Below, piece by piece: positions 17,513-26,982 of a stretch of DNA of 32,000 nucleotides (the stretch's first letter is position 1; the number at the start of each line of letters is the position of its first letter). The notes beneath the pieces were generated by a model. That model was not told the origin of the DNA. It worked only from the letters and a program-made list of their open reading frames with translations, and did not search any database. The position numbers and the translations under genes were made by a program. The stretch is taken from NCBI RefSeq assembly GCF_003260095.1, contig NZ_PTPX01000011.1, forward strand, positions 1-32,000, written 5' to 3'. This DNA comes from Glaesserella australis. GTDB lineage: Bacteria; Pseudomonadota; Gammaproteobacteria; Enterobacterales; Pasteurellaceae.

Positions 17513-18232
17513 TTATTCTATTTCCCCACAAAAGCGATAACCTTCACCATGAATAGTGACAATAATTTCTGGCGTATTTGGGTGATCTTCAAAATGTTTA
17601 CGAATGCGACGAATAGTGACATCAACTGTTCTATCATGTGGTTTTAATTCGCGCCCAGTCATTCGTTTAAGAAGATCTTCTCTTGTTTGGATCTTGCCTG
17701 GATTTTCACAAAAATGTAATAACGCTCTAAATTCAGAGCGAGGTAATTTAATTTGTTGCCCTTCAGGATTAATCAAACTACGACTATTAACATCTAAAGT
17801 CCATCCATTAAAACAATAATTGTCGCTTGAGAGCGATGCTTCTTTTGCTTGCTTATCTTTCTCTGCCATTGTTCGTTGCAAAAGATTTCTTGCACGAATG
17901 GTCAACTCTCTTGGGTTAAATGGTTTAGTAATATAATCATCTGCACCAATTTCAAGCCCTAAAATCTTATCAACTTCATTATCACGACCAGTTAAGAACA
18001 TTAACGCAATGTTGGTATTTTCTCTTAACTCTCGTGCAAGCATTAAACCATTTTTCCCAGGCAAATTGATATCCATAATCACAAGATGAATAGTTTGATT
18101 ATCTAAAATAGCATGCATTTCATTGCCATCTGTTGCTTCAAATACATCATATCCTTCAGCTTCAAAAACACTCTTTAATGTATTACGAGTAACAATTTCA
18201 TCTTCAACAATAAGAATTTGTGGGTTCTGCAT
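17513..18232 (-). CDS. arcA: Aerobic respiration control response regulator ArcA (OmpR family)
   Basis: 239 aa. It has a receiver domain ([18 protein letters not shown]), a wHTH output domain, and the ArcA-typical C-terminus [11 protein letters not shown]. Confidence 0.93.
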   Translation of the reverse strand: MQNPQILIVEDEIVTRNTLKSVFEAEGYDVFEATDGNEMHAILDNQTIHLVIMDINLPGKNGLMLARELRENTNIALMFLTGRDNEVDKILGLEIGADDYITKPFNPRELTIRARNLLQRTMAEKDKQAKEASLSSDNYCFNGWTLDVNSRSLINPEGQQIKLPRSEFRALLHFCENPGKIQTREDLLKRMTGRELKPHDRTVDVTIRRIRKHFEDHPNTPEIIVTIHGEGYRFCGEIE

Positions 18233-18400
18233 TATATCACCTTATTCGACACAATAAATTACTACAACAAATGTTACAAAAATTGAGTCATTCTACTTGG
18301 CATCCAAGTCCATCGGAATAGCCTATTTAACATTTGCTTGGCTTTAATCAAATTACTTACAATTATTTGTAGAATTTGTAGTTAGTTTGTTTAGTTTTTG

Positions 18401-19294
18401 TTAATGCGATAAGTATTCTACTTGTAATTCAAATAGATGCCAAGCAAGAGACTCTGTCATTGCTTTGTGGCTTAAAATTGCATTTCGTTCCGCCAACACA
18501 ATTCGATTGATGCTAAAACCTTCTAATCCCTGCATCCGACGGAAATTTAATGCACATTGTAAAGGTAATAAACTTGGATTAAATGCCGCATTTTCTGCAT
18601 AACGCCCCGTGATAATGTGTGGACCACATTGTAATGCAATACCGCTTACAGCTTGGCTATAAGGAGCATAAGATAGATTTGCTGCAGAAATGGCAGCTTG
18701 TTCTAAAGTATCTCCAGATAAATTAAACCCATGATCCTGTGGATCAAAAAGAACATTCGTAATATTAAGATCTTTTGGTCCAAATGCATCAGGTAGATAA
18801 CTATGCAGTAAATTATTTTGGCTATGAGGTAAGTGAATTCTTAACTGGCTCGCGCCACTAAGTTCATTCATAAACTGGCGACAGTGACCACATGGTGTGT
18901 AATTTACTACAACATCTGTTAATCCTGATTCTCCCGCAATCCAAGCATGAGATACTGCACTTTGCTCTGCATGAACAGTCTGCTGTATAGCATCACACTC
19001 AAATTCTTGGTTTGCTCCAAAATAAAAATTCCCTGATTTCCCTATCGCTATTGCACCAACATAAAAATTAGATACTGGTACTCGAGCGTAACAAGCAGCT
19101 ATAGGTAAACAGCTTAATGCAAGATCAATAGAAGAAAGTTGAAACTCTTTACACCACTGTGTCACTAATTGAGATGATATAACGCCCTTTGATTGCTGTA
19201 GAGCCAATTGTTCTATCACACGTCTTACTACTGGAGATTCTGTTTCACCCATCAATCGGATTAATCTCTCTTGTATGTCCATCATGCTTGACAT
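18401..19294 (-). CDS. cdd: Cytidine deaminase (homodimeric two-domain type)
   Basis: 297 aa with zinc-site motifs VHAEQSA and [13 protein letters not shown]. Colinear with E. coli Cdd (294 aa). Confidence 0.95.
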   Translation of the reverse strand: MSSMMDIQERLIRLMGETESPVVRRVIEQLALQQSKGVISSQLVTQWCKEFQLSSIDLALSCLPIAACYARVPVSNFYVGAIAIGKSGNFYFGANQEFECDAIQQTVHAEQSAVSHAWIAGESGLTDVVVNYTPCGHCRQFMNELSGASQLRIHLPHSQNNLLHSYLPDAFGPKDLNITNVLFDPQDHGFNLSGDTLEQAAISAANLSYAPYSQAVSGIALQCGPHIITGRYAENAAFNPSLLPLQCALNFRRMQGLEGFSINRIVLAERNAILSHKAMTESLAWHLFELQVEYLSH

Positions 19295-19360
19295 AATTTT
19301 CTCCTTTTTAAATAATTTTCTATTTTTTATTATAGCGACAAATTAGAATTCTAACTTTGA

Positions 19361-19720
19361 TCAAGATCGCACTGTTCTTTCTACAATCACCCCAACGCTG
19401 GATGCTTGAGCTACCGCTTTCGGTTTATGTAATTCAATGCGTAACCACTGAATCCCATATTCATTTTGTAGTAAATCAGCAACTTGGTAAGCTACCGTTT
19501 CAACTAATTTGAATGGAGTAGACTCTACAAAATCGATAATTTTTTGTGAAACTTCCGCATAATTTAAACAATATTGAACATCATCACCTTCCACCGCTTG
19601 ACTAAAATCCCAAGCCATTTCAATGTTGAAAATAAGACGTTGTTTAATCGTATGCTCCCACTCATATGCTCCGATTGAAGCAAAAGTCGTAAGTTCATGA
19701 ATAAAAACTTTATCAGTCAT
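19361..19720 (-). CDS. folB: Dihydroneopterin aldolase
   Basis: 119 aa. IGAYEWEHTIKQRLIFNIEMAWD matches E. coli FolB (IGVYDWEQTIEQKLVFDIEMAWD). Divergent from plsY, as in E. coli. Confidence 0.93.
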   Translation of the reverse strand: MTDKVFIHELTTFASIGAYEWEHTIKQRLIFNIEMAWDFSQAVEGDDVQYCLNYAEVSQKIIDFVESTPFKLVETVAYQVADLLQNEYGIQWLRIELHKPKAVAQASSVGVIVERTVRS

Positions 19721-19796
19721 CGGATCTTTCCTTATTTTTCTTTTCGAAAGTTGCTGTAAAATATAGCACAGAGATCGCTATACATAAGGGGAAAAA

Positions 19797-20390
19797 ATGA
19801 GCATTATCGCCTATATACTCATTTTAGGAGCATACTTACTTGGCTCCATATCTAGTGCAGTTATTTTTTGTCAACTTGCAGGCTTACCCGACCCACGCGA
19901 ACATGGTTCACATAATCCTGGGGCAACCAATGTGTTACGTATTGGGGGAAAATTATCCGCATTAGGCGTATTACTCGCTGACATGTTAAAAGGAATGCTA
20001 CCAGTTTCTATCGGGTTTTACCTTGAGCTTCCTATATCTATCATAGGTTTTATAGCACTAGCTGCTTGTCTTGGACATATTTTTCCAATTTTCTTTAAAT
20101 TTCAAGGTGGAAAAGGTGTCGCAACTGCATTTGGAGCAATTATACCAATGGGATATGCCATTTCAGGCTTAGCCGTTGGTACATGGCTCGCGATTTTTTT
20201 AATTTCAGGCTACTCATCCCTAAGTGCTGTCGTTACAGCCCTTGTTGTTCCTATTTATGTTTGGTGGTTTAAGCCAGAACTCACCTTTCCAGTCGCTTTA
20301 GTTTGTTGCTTGTTGGTTTATCGACATCACGATAACATTCAACGTTTATGGCGCGGGCAAGAAGATAAAGTTTGGAAAAATAACAAATAA
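19797..20390 (+). CDS. plsY: Glycerol-3-phosphate acyltransferase PlsY
   Basis: 197-aa membrane protein with the GSHNPGATN and [11 protein letters not shown] motifs of PlsY/YgiH. Confidence 0.93.
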   Translation: MSIIAYILILGAYLLGSISSAVIFCQLAGLPDPREHGSHNPGATNVLRIGGKLSALGVLLADMLKGMLPVSIGFYLELPISIIGFIALAACLGHIFPIFFKFQGGKGVATAFGAIIPMGYAISGLAVGTWLAIFLISGYSSLSAVVTALVVPIYVWWFKPELTFPVALVCCLLVYRHHDNIQRLWRGQEDKVWKNNK

Positions 20391-20424
20391 ATTCGTACTT
20401 TTATTAGGGATTAAACGGATATAC

Positions 20425-21189
20425 CTAACAACTAGAACGTAACGAAATTTCTCCAACCGAGAAACAACGGATAATTTCCCCTTGTTGTAAAAGCAGTTCC
20501 CCCTTTTCATTGATCCCCAATGAAATGCCGTGAATTTCTGCATTTTCCGTGATCAATCTTACCGCTTGATTACGGAAAATATCGAACGTTTGCCAACGCT
20601 CTATATAAGGGGCAAAAGCAGTTTGAGGATAGCTTGACAGTGCCGTTTGTAAACGTTGAGCCAGTTCTGCCACTAACTGCGAGCGATCTAGCTGATAGTC
20701 GGACAAATCGCTCCACGCTTGGGTGACCACCTTTTCATCAACCTGTTGCATACCAAGATTCAACCCAATGCCGATCACTAAATAAATACCGCTTTTGTCC
20801 ATACGGCTTTCGATCAAAATCCCGCCCATTTTTTTGCCTTGATGGTAAATGTCGTTCGGCCATTTGATCTGAATGTTTGGCACATTGAGTGCTTGAAAGG
20901 TTTCCGCAATAATCACTGCAACCACAAGGCTTAAGGACGAAAGTTGCGGAATTTCAACCGTGGGATAATGCCATAGCATTGAAAAATAAACATTTTGGCT
21001 TTCAGGCGAATACCATTGCCGCCCACGTCTGCCACGTCCTGCCGTTTGCATTTCCGCCACACATAAAGAGCCAGACGGTAGGGTTTTGTGGTGAGTCAAA
21101 AGATATTCGTTGGTGGAATCAATCTCTTCAAACACAAGGGCTTGCCCTTGTGTTAATGCTTGAGCGATAACGGCTTGATTGAGCTTCAT
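20425..21189 (-). CDS. birA: Biotin-[acetyl-CoA-carboxylase] ligase, group I (no N-terminal DNA-binding domain)
   Basis: 254 aa with IDSTNEYLL and the biotin loop QTAGRGRRGRQW. It aligns to E. coli BirA only from about residue 65 onward. The ATG lies 6 nt after the murB stop, so there is no room for a wHTH domain. Confidence 0.9.
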   Translation of the reverse strand: MKLNQAVIAQALTQGQALVFEEIDSTNEYLLTHHKTLPSGSLCVAEMQTAGRGRRGRQWYSPESQNVYFSMLWHYPTVEIPQLSSLSLVVAVIIAETFQALNVPNIQIKWPNDIYHQGKKMGGILIESRMDKSGIYLVIGIGLNLGMQQVDEKVVTQAWSDLSDYQLDRSQLVAELAQRLQTALSSYPQTAFAPYIERWQTFDIFRNQAVRLITENAEIHGISLGINEKGELLLQQGEIIRCFSVGEISLRSSC

Positions 21190-21195
21190 TGCCTG

Positions 21196-22224
21196 CTACC
21201 TTGTGACTAACTCACTATCCACTTCCCCCGTTTCGCCGATAAAACGTACTTCAGGGTGAAGTTCCACGCCGAATTTTTCTCGCACTTGGCGGCGGACTTC
21301 TTTTGCCAATGCCACCACGTCTGCTCCAACCGCATTGACTTTGTTAATCAGCACAAGGGCTTGCTGAGTATGCACCGCCGCTCCGCCAAGTTGGAAACCT
21401 TTGAGTTGAGCTTGGTCGATAAGCCAGCCTGCAGGTAATTTGACCGAACCGTCCGCTTGCGGATAGTGTGGAATGGTCGGGTAAGCGGTCTGAAGTTGTT
21501 GGAATGTTGCAAATGGCACAACGGGGTTTTTGAAGAAACTGCCTGCGTTGCCAAATTCATCAGGATTCGGCAATTTAGCTCGGCGAACGGCACAAACTTC
21601 ATCGAAAATCTGTTGTGGCGTAACGGTTTGTGGATCGAACTGTGCCAGTGAGCCGTAATTCAGCACGGGTTGCCACGCTTTTGCCAATTTCAAGCCCACC
21701 GCCACAATCGCATAATGCTCACGGTATTGATGTTTAAACACGCTTTCACGGTAGCCGAATTGACATTCCGCTTTGCTCAAACGGCTCTGTTCGCCTGTTT
21801 TGAGATTCAGCAGATCCACATAATCACATACACGCTCAAACTCCACACCGTAAGCCCCGATGTTCTGAATCGGGGCAGAGCCTGCCACACCAGGAATTAA
21901 GGCTAAATTTTCTAATCCGCCAATGCCTTGAGCCAGCGTCCACTGCACTAATTCGTGCCAATTTTCACCGCCTGCAATGTGCAAATAGTGAAATTCATCA
22001 TCTTGGCGATGTTCAATACCTTTGAGTTTATTCACCAAAACCGTGCCTGCGAAATCCGCTAAAAAAAGCACATTCGAGCCTTGCCCTAACAGCAAAATCG
22101 GCTGTTTAGATTGGTCGGCTTTTTGCCATTCCCTAAGCAGTTGCTCAACGGTGGTAAATTCCACAATCGCCGCTGCCGTTGCCGGCAAATGAAAGGTGTG
22201 AAAAGGGGTAAGGGTTTGACTCAT
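21196..22224 (-). CDS. murB: UDP-N-acetylenolpyruvoylglucosamine reductase
   Basis: 342 aa, colinear with E. coli MurB. Matching segments include [52 protein letters not shown] and [14 protein letters not shown]. Confidence 0.96.
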   Translation of the reverse strand: MSQTLTPFHTFHLPATAAAIVEFTTVEQLLREWQKADQSKQPILLLGQGSNVLFLADFAGTVLVNKLKGIEHRQDDEFHYLHIAGGENWHELVQWTLAQGIGGLENLALIPGVAGSAPIQNIGAYGVEFERVCDYVDLLNLKTGEQSRLSKAECQFGYRESVFKHQYREHYAIVAVGLKLAKAWQPVLNYGSLAQFDPQTVTPQQIFDEVCAVRRAKLPNPDEFGNAGSFFKNPVVPFATFQQLQTAYPTIPHYPQADGSVKLPAGWLIDQAQLKGFQLGGAAVHTQQALVLINKVNAVGADVVALAKEVRRQVREKFGVELHPEVRFIGETGEVDSELVTR

Positions 22225-22227
22225 TAC

Positions 22228-23091
22228 TTACTCCAAATTCTGAATTTGCTCACGCATCTGTTCAATCAACACTTTGATTTCCACCGCAGAATTGGTGATG
22301 TCAGCGTTGATCGATTTAGACGCAAGGGTATTGGCTTCACGGTTTAGCTCTTGCATCATAAAGTCCAATTTACGCCCTACCGCCCCGCCTTTTTTCAGGA
22401 TTGATGTGGTCTCTTTCACGTGCAGTTGCAAGCGATCCAGCTCTTCCGCCACATCGACTTTTTGAGCCAACAGCACCATTTCTTGCTCTAAACGTTGTGG
22501 GTCAAGTTGCAGATTGAGTTCGTCAAAACGTTGTTGCAAGCGGTCTTTTTGCCACTGTAAAACGCTAGGCATTTGAGCTTGCACTTTGGCTGCTTCATCT
22601 GCAATTGCATCTAAACGTTGTTGAATAAGGCTGTGCAAATTCGCTCCTTCACGCCCACGCATTGCGATAAAATCTGCTAGGATCTGTTCAAAGCCTTCGA
22701 GAAGATCTTGGCTGATTTGGTCGAGATCTTGGTTTTGGTTATCGACAACGCCCGGAAAACGCAAAATATCCACCAAATTAATTTCACCCGCTTGAGCGGT
22801 CTCTTTTAGCCATTGTAGCGAGCTGATCACCTGTTTTGCATACTCCTGATTTAAGGCTAAGCCATTGTTTTGGTTGGTGTTTAGTTCAATTCGCAAACTG
22901 CATTCCACCTTGCCACGAGTTAAAGCGGTACGCAGACGCTCACGCAAATTCATCTCTAAATTGCGAAACGCTTCAGGCAAGCGGAAATAGGTTTCTAAAA
23001 AACGTTGATTCACTGAGCGGATTTCCCACACAGCGTTACCCCACTCTTTTTTCAGCTCAAGGTGGGCAAAAGCGGTCATACTGTAAATCAT
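22228..23091 (-). CDS. yicC: YicC family stress-induced protein (putative endoribonuclease)
   Basis: 287 aa starting MIYSMTAFA, with the YicC N-terminal domain and C-terminal DUF1732 (MQELNREANTLASKS). Divergent from rph, as in E. coli. Confidence 0.9.
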   Translation of the reverse strand: MIYSMTAFAHLELKKEWGNAVWEIRSVNQRFLETYFRLPEAFRNLEMNLRERLRTALTRGKVECSLRIELNTNQNNGLALNQEYAKQVISSLQWLKETAQAGEINLVDILRFPGVVDNQNQDLDQISQDLLEGFEQILADFIAMRGREGANLHSLIQQRLDAIADEAAKVQAQMPSVLQWQKDRLQQRFDELNLQLDPQRLEQEMVLLAQKVDVAEELDRLQLHVKETTSILKKGGAVGRKLDFMMQELNREANTLASKSINADITNSAVEIKVLIEQMREQIQNLE

Positions 23092-23180
23092 TGTACTCTC
23101 TCTTATTTGTTACAAAATTTGCCATATTGTACTTGTTATTCTGCTAAAATAGGGGAAATTTTTCGTAAAAAGGAATAAAT

Positions 23181-23897
23181 ATGCGTCCAAATAATCGTCC
23201 TGTTGATCAAACTCGCCCCGTTAAAATCACTCGAAACTACACTCGCTATGCGGAAGGATCGGTGCTGGTGGAGTTTGGCGAAACCAAAGTATTATGTAAT
23301 GCCACTGTTGAAGAAACCGTGCCACGCTTTTTAAAAGGGCAACAGCAAGGTTGGGTTACGGCGGAATATGGAATGTTGCCAAGAGCCACTCACAGCCGTA
23401 CTCAACGTGAAGCGGCAAAAGGCAAACAAAGCGGTCGTACAATGGAAATTCAGCGATTGATCGCTCGCTCTTTGCGTGCGGTGGTCGATTTAAAAGCCCT
23501 TGGCGAACGCACCATTACGGTGGACTGCGATGTTATTCAAGCCGATGGCGGCACTCGCACCGCATCAATCACAGGGGCTTGCGTTGCCCTACACGATGCA
23601 ATTAACAAGCTGATCGCTGATGGCCTGCTCAAAGAAAATCCGATGAAAGGGTTGGTTGCGGCGATTTCGGTCGGCATTGTCGATGGACAAGCGGTCTGCG
23701 ATTTAGAGTATGTGGAAGACAGCAACGCCGAAACGGATATGAATGTGGTGATGGTCGAAGACGGTCGTTTGGTGGAAGTGCAAGGCACTGCCGAAGGCGA
23801 ACCATTTAGCCATATGGAACTGTTGCAACTGCTTGATTTAGCTCATAAAGGCATTGAGCAGTTGTTTACGGCACAGCGTGAGGCATTGGCAAGTTAA
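23181..23897 (+). CDS. rph: Ribonuclease PH
   Basis: 238 aa. [34 protein letters not shown] and [19 protein letters not shown] are colinear with E. coli RNase PH. Confidence 0.97.
   Translation: MRPNNRPVDQTRPVKITRNYTRYAEGSVLVEFGETKVLCNATVEETVPRFLKGQQQGWVTAEYGMLPRATHSRTQREAAKGKQSGRTMEIQRLIARSLRAVVDLKALGERTITVDCDVIQADGGTRTASITGACVALHDAINKLIADGLLKENPMKGLVAAISVGIVDGQAVCDLEYVEDSNAETDMNVVMVEDGRLVEVQGTAEGEPFSHMELLQLLDLAHKGIEQLFTAQREALAS
23687..23696 (+). repeat. Uptake signal sequence ACAAGCGGTC
   Basis: Exact 10-mer inside rph. Confidence 0.85.
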
Positions 23898-23905
23898 TCA
23901 AAACG

Positions 23906-23963
23906 ACAAGCGGGCAGTTCCCTTCTGTTTTTTGCAAAAAACGAATGGGATCTGACCGCTTGT
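23906..23963. terminator. Bidirectional terminator from an imperfect inverted USS pair
   Basis: ACAAGCGGGCAGTTCCC (23906-23922) pairs with GGGATCTGACCGCTTGT (23947-23963) at 15 of 17 positions. The loop holds the palindrome TTTTTTGCAAAAAA. It lies between convergent rph and qseC, and the exact USS is at 23954-23963 (minus). Confidence 0.75.
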
Positions 23964-23975
23964 GTAAGTGAAATC

Positions 23976-25346
23976 TTATAGAAGAATGGTCGTTTTTAAC
24001 CCTTTCTTACCATCAAGCTCGCTATTTTCAATCTTCACTTGATAGTGATGAAGCTCGGCAATGCGTTTAACAATGGATAATCCAAGCCCACTGCCTTTTT
24101 CATTTTGTCCAGCTGGGCGGTAAAAACGCTGTCCTAGTTTGGCTAAATCTGCTTCATCTACGCCTCCGCCATTATCTGCAACAGTGATTCGATTTGATTC
24201 TAATATCACTCGAATCTTACTCTTTGGCTGACCATATTTAATAGCGTTATCAATAAGATTGCGTAACATCAATGAGAGCAACAGTGGTTGACCTTGCTGT
24301 ACTGCGGGTATGCCTGTTTGTTCAAACTCGATCTCCATATCCCGTTTTTGTGCATGGAAATACAATTCACCCACCAGTGAAGGAATAAGTTTATCCCAAT
24401 GAATAGGTTCAACACCTTCTAACTCTGTCAGATTATCTAAACGAGAGAGTGTAAGCAGTTGCTCAATTAATTGTGTTGCTCGGTTAATGCCTTGGGTTAG
24501 GTTTCCTAATGCTTTGTCTCGCAAGGCGCTATCATCTCCTGCAAGCTGGGCAATTTCTGTCTGAATTTTCAAGGCAGCTAAAGGGCTACGCAATTCATGG
24601 GCAGCGTCAGAAGTAAAACGGCGCTCTCTGAGTAACATGGTCGATGTTTTATCAAAAAAGTGATTTAAGCTGTTGACCAACGGTAGAATTTCTTTCGGAA
24701 CATCGGTTGAAAGCGGGCTGTTATCTTCAGGGGCTCGCTGTTTGACTTGCTCGCCAACACGTTTTAGCGATTGTAATTCACGATTAATCACCCAAACAAT
24801 TAAACCAAGTAAAAGCGGTAAACTGGCAAACCAGATCCACATTTGGCTAAATACCATGCCTTGAGTGAGATCATCTCGATAGTCTTGCTCTTGCCCAACT
24901 GCGACGACGAAGCGATCACCAATAGGTAACCAAAAAATACGCCATGGATCATCATCTTCGTGGTTTAGTGGCGATGTTGAAAAGCCATTTATATTTTTAA
25001 AAGGGAAATGTGCGCCATTATTGCCATCACTGAGTACCATCTCGCCTTGTGCAGTAAAAATGGCAAACGCTAAGGCATCATCATCAAACTTCGCTTTTTT
25101 GAAGGGCTTTTTGTGATATTCGCCGTTATATGCTTTTGGCGGTTTGCGTTCCATTAATAAGGTGCGTAAATCAGAAGACGCCAAGCGCTGTGCAAATAAG
25201 ATCTGTTGAGTATCAAAGACTTTATTGACTTCATGGCGTACTTGTATCCACGCAACCGCTGTTGAAATAAGCCAAATTAAGACGGCAGAACAAGAGATCA
25301 CCAGCATTAAACGAAAACGTAAACTGGTATTTTTAATGAGTTTCAT
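23976..25346 (-). CDS. qseC: Two-component sensor histidine kinase QseC (FirS-like)
   Basis: 456 aa with two TM helices flanking a periplasmic domain, H-box [12 protein letters not shown]-box NLIDNAIKY and G-box GSGLGLSIV. It overlaps qseB by 14 nt and sits in the ygiW-qseB-qseC arrangement known from Aggregatibacter and Haemophilus. Confidence 0.85.
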   Translation of the reverse strand: MKLIKNTSLRFRLMLVISCSAVLIWLISTAVAWIQVRHEVNKVFDTQQILFAQRLASSDLRTLLMERKPPKAYNGEYHKKPFKKAKFDDDALAFAIFTAQGEMVLSDGNNGAHFPFKNINGFSTSPLNHEDDDPWRIFWLPIGDRFVVAVGQEQDYRDDLTQGMVFSQMWIWFASLPLLLGLIVWVINRELQSLKRVGEQVKQRAPEDNSPLSTDVPKEILPLVNSLNHFFDKTSTMLLRERRFTSDAAHELRSPLAALKIQTEIAQLAGDDSALRDKALGNLTQGINRATQLIEQLLTLSRLDNLTELEGVEPIHWDKLIPSLVGELYFHAQKRDMEIEFEQTGIPAVQQGQPLLLSLMLRNLIDNAIKYGQPKSKIRVILESNRITVADNGGGVDEADLAKLGQRFYRPAGQNEKGSGLGLSIVKRIAELHHYQVKIENSELDGKKGLKTTILL

Positions 25347-26004
25347 CGTTTTTTCCTAGGGCATAACCGACACCGTGAACGGTGCGAATAAACTGTTTGC
25401 CTAACTTCTGGCGTAAATTATAAATATGAACTTCAAGGGCATTACTATTGACTTCGTCGTCCCATGTATAGAGTTTTTCTTCAATGGACGAACGAGTGAG
25501 TACACGATCTCGATTAAGCATAAATAGCTCAAGCAAATTGTATTCTCGTGTAGTCAACGTCACTTCCTGATCTTTAAGGAAAACTTTACGCTGGTTTGGG
25601 TCAAACTTGACTAAACTATGCTCAATAATCGGGTTGGTATGCCCATAGCGTCGACGAATCAAGGCTTGTAAGCGGGCAACCACTTCGGCAAGGGCAAAAG
25701 GTTTACAGAGATAGTCATCTGCTCCCCGTTGTAATCCCGTAATACGTTCATCTAGGGTATCTCGTGCGGTTAAGATCAACACAGGTGCATCTTGATTGGC
25801 TCGTCGCCAATTTTGTAAGACATCTAATCCGTCCATTTTAGGTAAGGTGAGATCAAGCACGACGGCATCATAAGGCGCAGAGCTTAAGGCATCTAAGCCT
25901 GTTTTACCGTCCGTAAACCAATCCACGCTAAAACCTGATTTACTTAGCCCTAATTTCAAGCCTTCACCAATTAAGGAATCGTCTTCAATTAATAAAATTC
26001 GCAT
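25333..26004 (-). CDS. qseB: Two-component response regulator QseB (OmpR/PmrA-like)
   Basis: 223 aa with a receiver domain ([20 protein letters not shown]) and a wHTH output domain (TVHGVGYAL). Confidence 0.88.
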   Translation of the reverse strand: MRILLIEDDSLIGEGLKLGLSKSGFSVDWFTDGKTGLDALSSAPYDAVVLDLTLPKMDGLDVLQNWRRANQDAPVLILTARDTLDERITGLQRGADDYLCKPFALAEVVARLQALIRRRYGHTNPIIEHSLVKFDPNQRKVFLKDQEVTLTTREYNLLELFMLNRDRVLTRSSIEEKLYTWDDEVNSNALEVHIYNLRQKLGKQFIRTVHGVGYALGKNDETH

Positions 26005-26020
26005 CTTGATCTCCCAAATA

Positions 26021-26044
26021 GAAAAAGTGGCATCACTGCCACTT
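26021..26044 (-). terminator. Intra-operon attenuator/terminator hairpin between ygiW and qseB
   Basis: Minus strand reads AAGTGGCA-GTGA-TGCCACTT followed by TTTTCTATTT, inside the 52-bp ygiW/qseB gap. Confidence 0.65.
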
Positions 26045-26056
26045 CGTATTATCGCA

Positions 26057-26482
26057 TTAATTTAATTTTTCTACACGGTGAACTTCGATGTCTGTTTTGT
26101 TCCAAGATTTATCCACTTCACCATAAAGTTTGACTTCATTGTTTGGGGTGATTTCTTGTCCTACCCACGCTTTGCGTTCAATTTCAACATTGATTTCACC
26201 GCTTGCATCACGGAATAAGAAATCTTCTTTCCCTACTTGTTTAACAATTTTGCCTTGTAAAACAACATATTGGTCATCATTCATTGATGAAACTTCCGTT
26301 ACTTTACTTACCGCTTGATTGCTATTCATATAACCGCCATGTCTAAACTCGCCCTTTTGTTTTACTTGGGTTGTTTGTTGTGGCGCATTAGGATCTTGAA
26401 AACCACCATTTTGGCTATTTGCAAATGCTGATGCGGTTAAGGTTGATAATACTAAAGTTGAGATTAATGTTACTTTTTTCAT
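26057..26482 (-). CDS. ygiW: YgiW/YdeI family OB-fold (BOF) periplasmic stress protein
   Basis: Signal peptide [21 protein letters not shown]. The C-terminal OB-fold region ([30 protein letters not shown]) is typical of YgiW. The start is set at 26482 (GGAG RBS 7 nt upstream) rather than the track start at 26512. Confidence 0.88.
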   Translation of the reverse strand: MKKVTLISTLVLSTLTASAFANSQNGGFQDPNAPQQTTQVKQKGEFRHGGYMNSNQAVSKVTEVSSMNDDQYVVLQGKIVKQVGKEDFLFRDASGEINVEIERKAWVGQEITPNNEVKLYGEVDKSWNKTDIEVHRVEKLN

Positions 26483-26551
26483 AAATTGCTCCAAGTTAAG
26501 TTTATAAATCAAAGCTATGTTGCTTTGTTGGCGCTTATTAAACTAAATAAA

Positions 26552-26569
26552 TCTTAAGAAAGTCTTAAG
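26552..26569. promoter_or_regulatory. Direct repeat TCTTAAG-N4-TCTTAAG (11-bp period), a candidate QseB/PmrA-type response-regulator box for the ygiW-qseBC promoter
   Basis: Two exact 7-mers at 26552-26558 and 26563-26569, 70-87 bp upstream of the ygiW ATG. PmrA/QseB-family sites are CTTAA(T/G) direct repeats one helical turn apart (from memory). Confidence 0.5.
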
Positions 26570-26680
26570 CCACATTATTTTTTAGATTAAAAAATCTACA
26601 GTCGTTTTCCACTGCAACAAAAATATTCTAACTTATTGTTTTTAATAAAGAAAAAGATAGACGCTACACCTTATTTTTAG

Positions 26681-26758
26681 TTATACACGATCATTATTCC
26701 GATCTATCACATTTTTATCCACAGACAATGGGGATAAAACGATGTGAAATGTGGAAAA
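26681..26758. promoter_or_regulatory. DnaA-box cluster A: TTATACACG(+), TTATCCACA(+), TTATCCCCA(-), TTTTCCACA(-), interleaved with two GATC sites
   Basis: Boxes were compared with the consensus TTATNCACA. 26681-26689 scores 8/9 and 26715-26723 scores 9/9. On the minus strand, 26729-26737 (TGGGGATAA on plus) scores 8/9 and 26750-26758 (TGTGGAAAA on plus) scores 8/9. GATC sites lie at 26689 and 26701. Confidence 0.7.
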
Positions 26759-26845
26759 ATTTAAGAAATCAAACCAAACTTGCCTGACTTATTCTTTTTT
26801 GCCAAGAAATTGAACAGGTAAATGTATAGTTAGCCAGTATCACTT

Positions 26846-26868
26846 CGATCTTTTCAGAAAAAAGATCG
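26846..26868. repeat. Inverted repeat CGATCTTTT-N5-AAAAGATCG carrying two GATC sites
   Basis: Perfect 9-bp arms at 26846-26854 and 26860-26868. A third GATC lies at 26876-26879. Confidence 0.8.
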
Positions 26869-26927
26869 CATATAAGATCTTGTCTATTCCAAGGTTATCC
26901 CACGAGATTTCGCAATCTATTTTCAAC

Positions 26928-26948
26928 TTATCCACAGCTTTATCTACA
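26928..26948 (+). promoter_or_regulatory. DnaA-box cluster B: TTATCCACA then TTATCTACA, 3 bp apart, same orientation
   Basis: 26928-26936 scores 9/9 and 26940-26948 scores 8/9. A weaker TTATCCCAC lies at 26895-26903. The cluster sits about 115-135 bp upstream of the rppH start. Confidence 0.65.
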
Positions 26949-26972
26949 GTTTGTAAAAAAATGCCTAAATCT

Positions 26973-26982
26973 GACCGCTTGT
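26973..26982 (-). repeat. Uptake signal sequence ACAAGCGGTC
   Basis: GACCGCTTGT on the plus strand upstream of rppH. In USS orientation it is followed by AGATTT and then TTTTTTTACAAA. Confidence 0.85.

Noticed and set aside
18318-18345. dif-like sequence (ATTTAACAT…) in the cdd/arcA spacer
   Set aside because: Only the 9-nt ATTTAACAT arm matches the XerCD dif consensus. The central region and the second arm do not match.
18233-18400. Short direct repeats TTTGTAG/TTTGTTTAG and the palindrome ACTTGG-CAT-CCAAGT upstream of arcA
   Set aside because: This is low-complexity AT-rich promoter DNA. The repeats are short and imperfect, and I could not match them convincingly to ArcA, FNR or CRP consensus sites.
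26570-26760. Canonical gamma-proteobacterial oriC (three GATCTnTTnTTTT 13-mers, then R1)
   Set aside because: Only two GATC-initiated 13-mer-like units are present. The adjacent perfect box is in the opposite orientation to E. coli R1. The mnmG/mioC-type flanking genes are absent. I kept this only as a lower-probability alternative in the findings.
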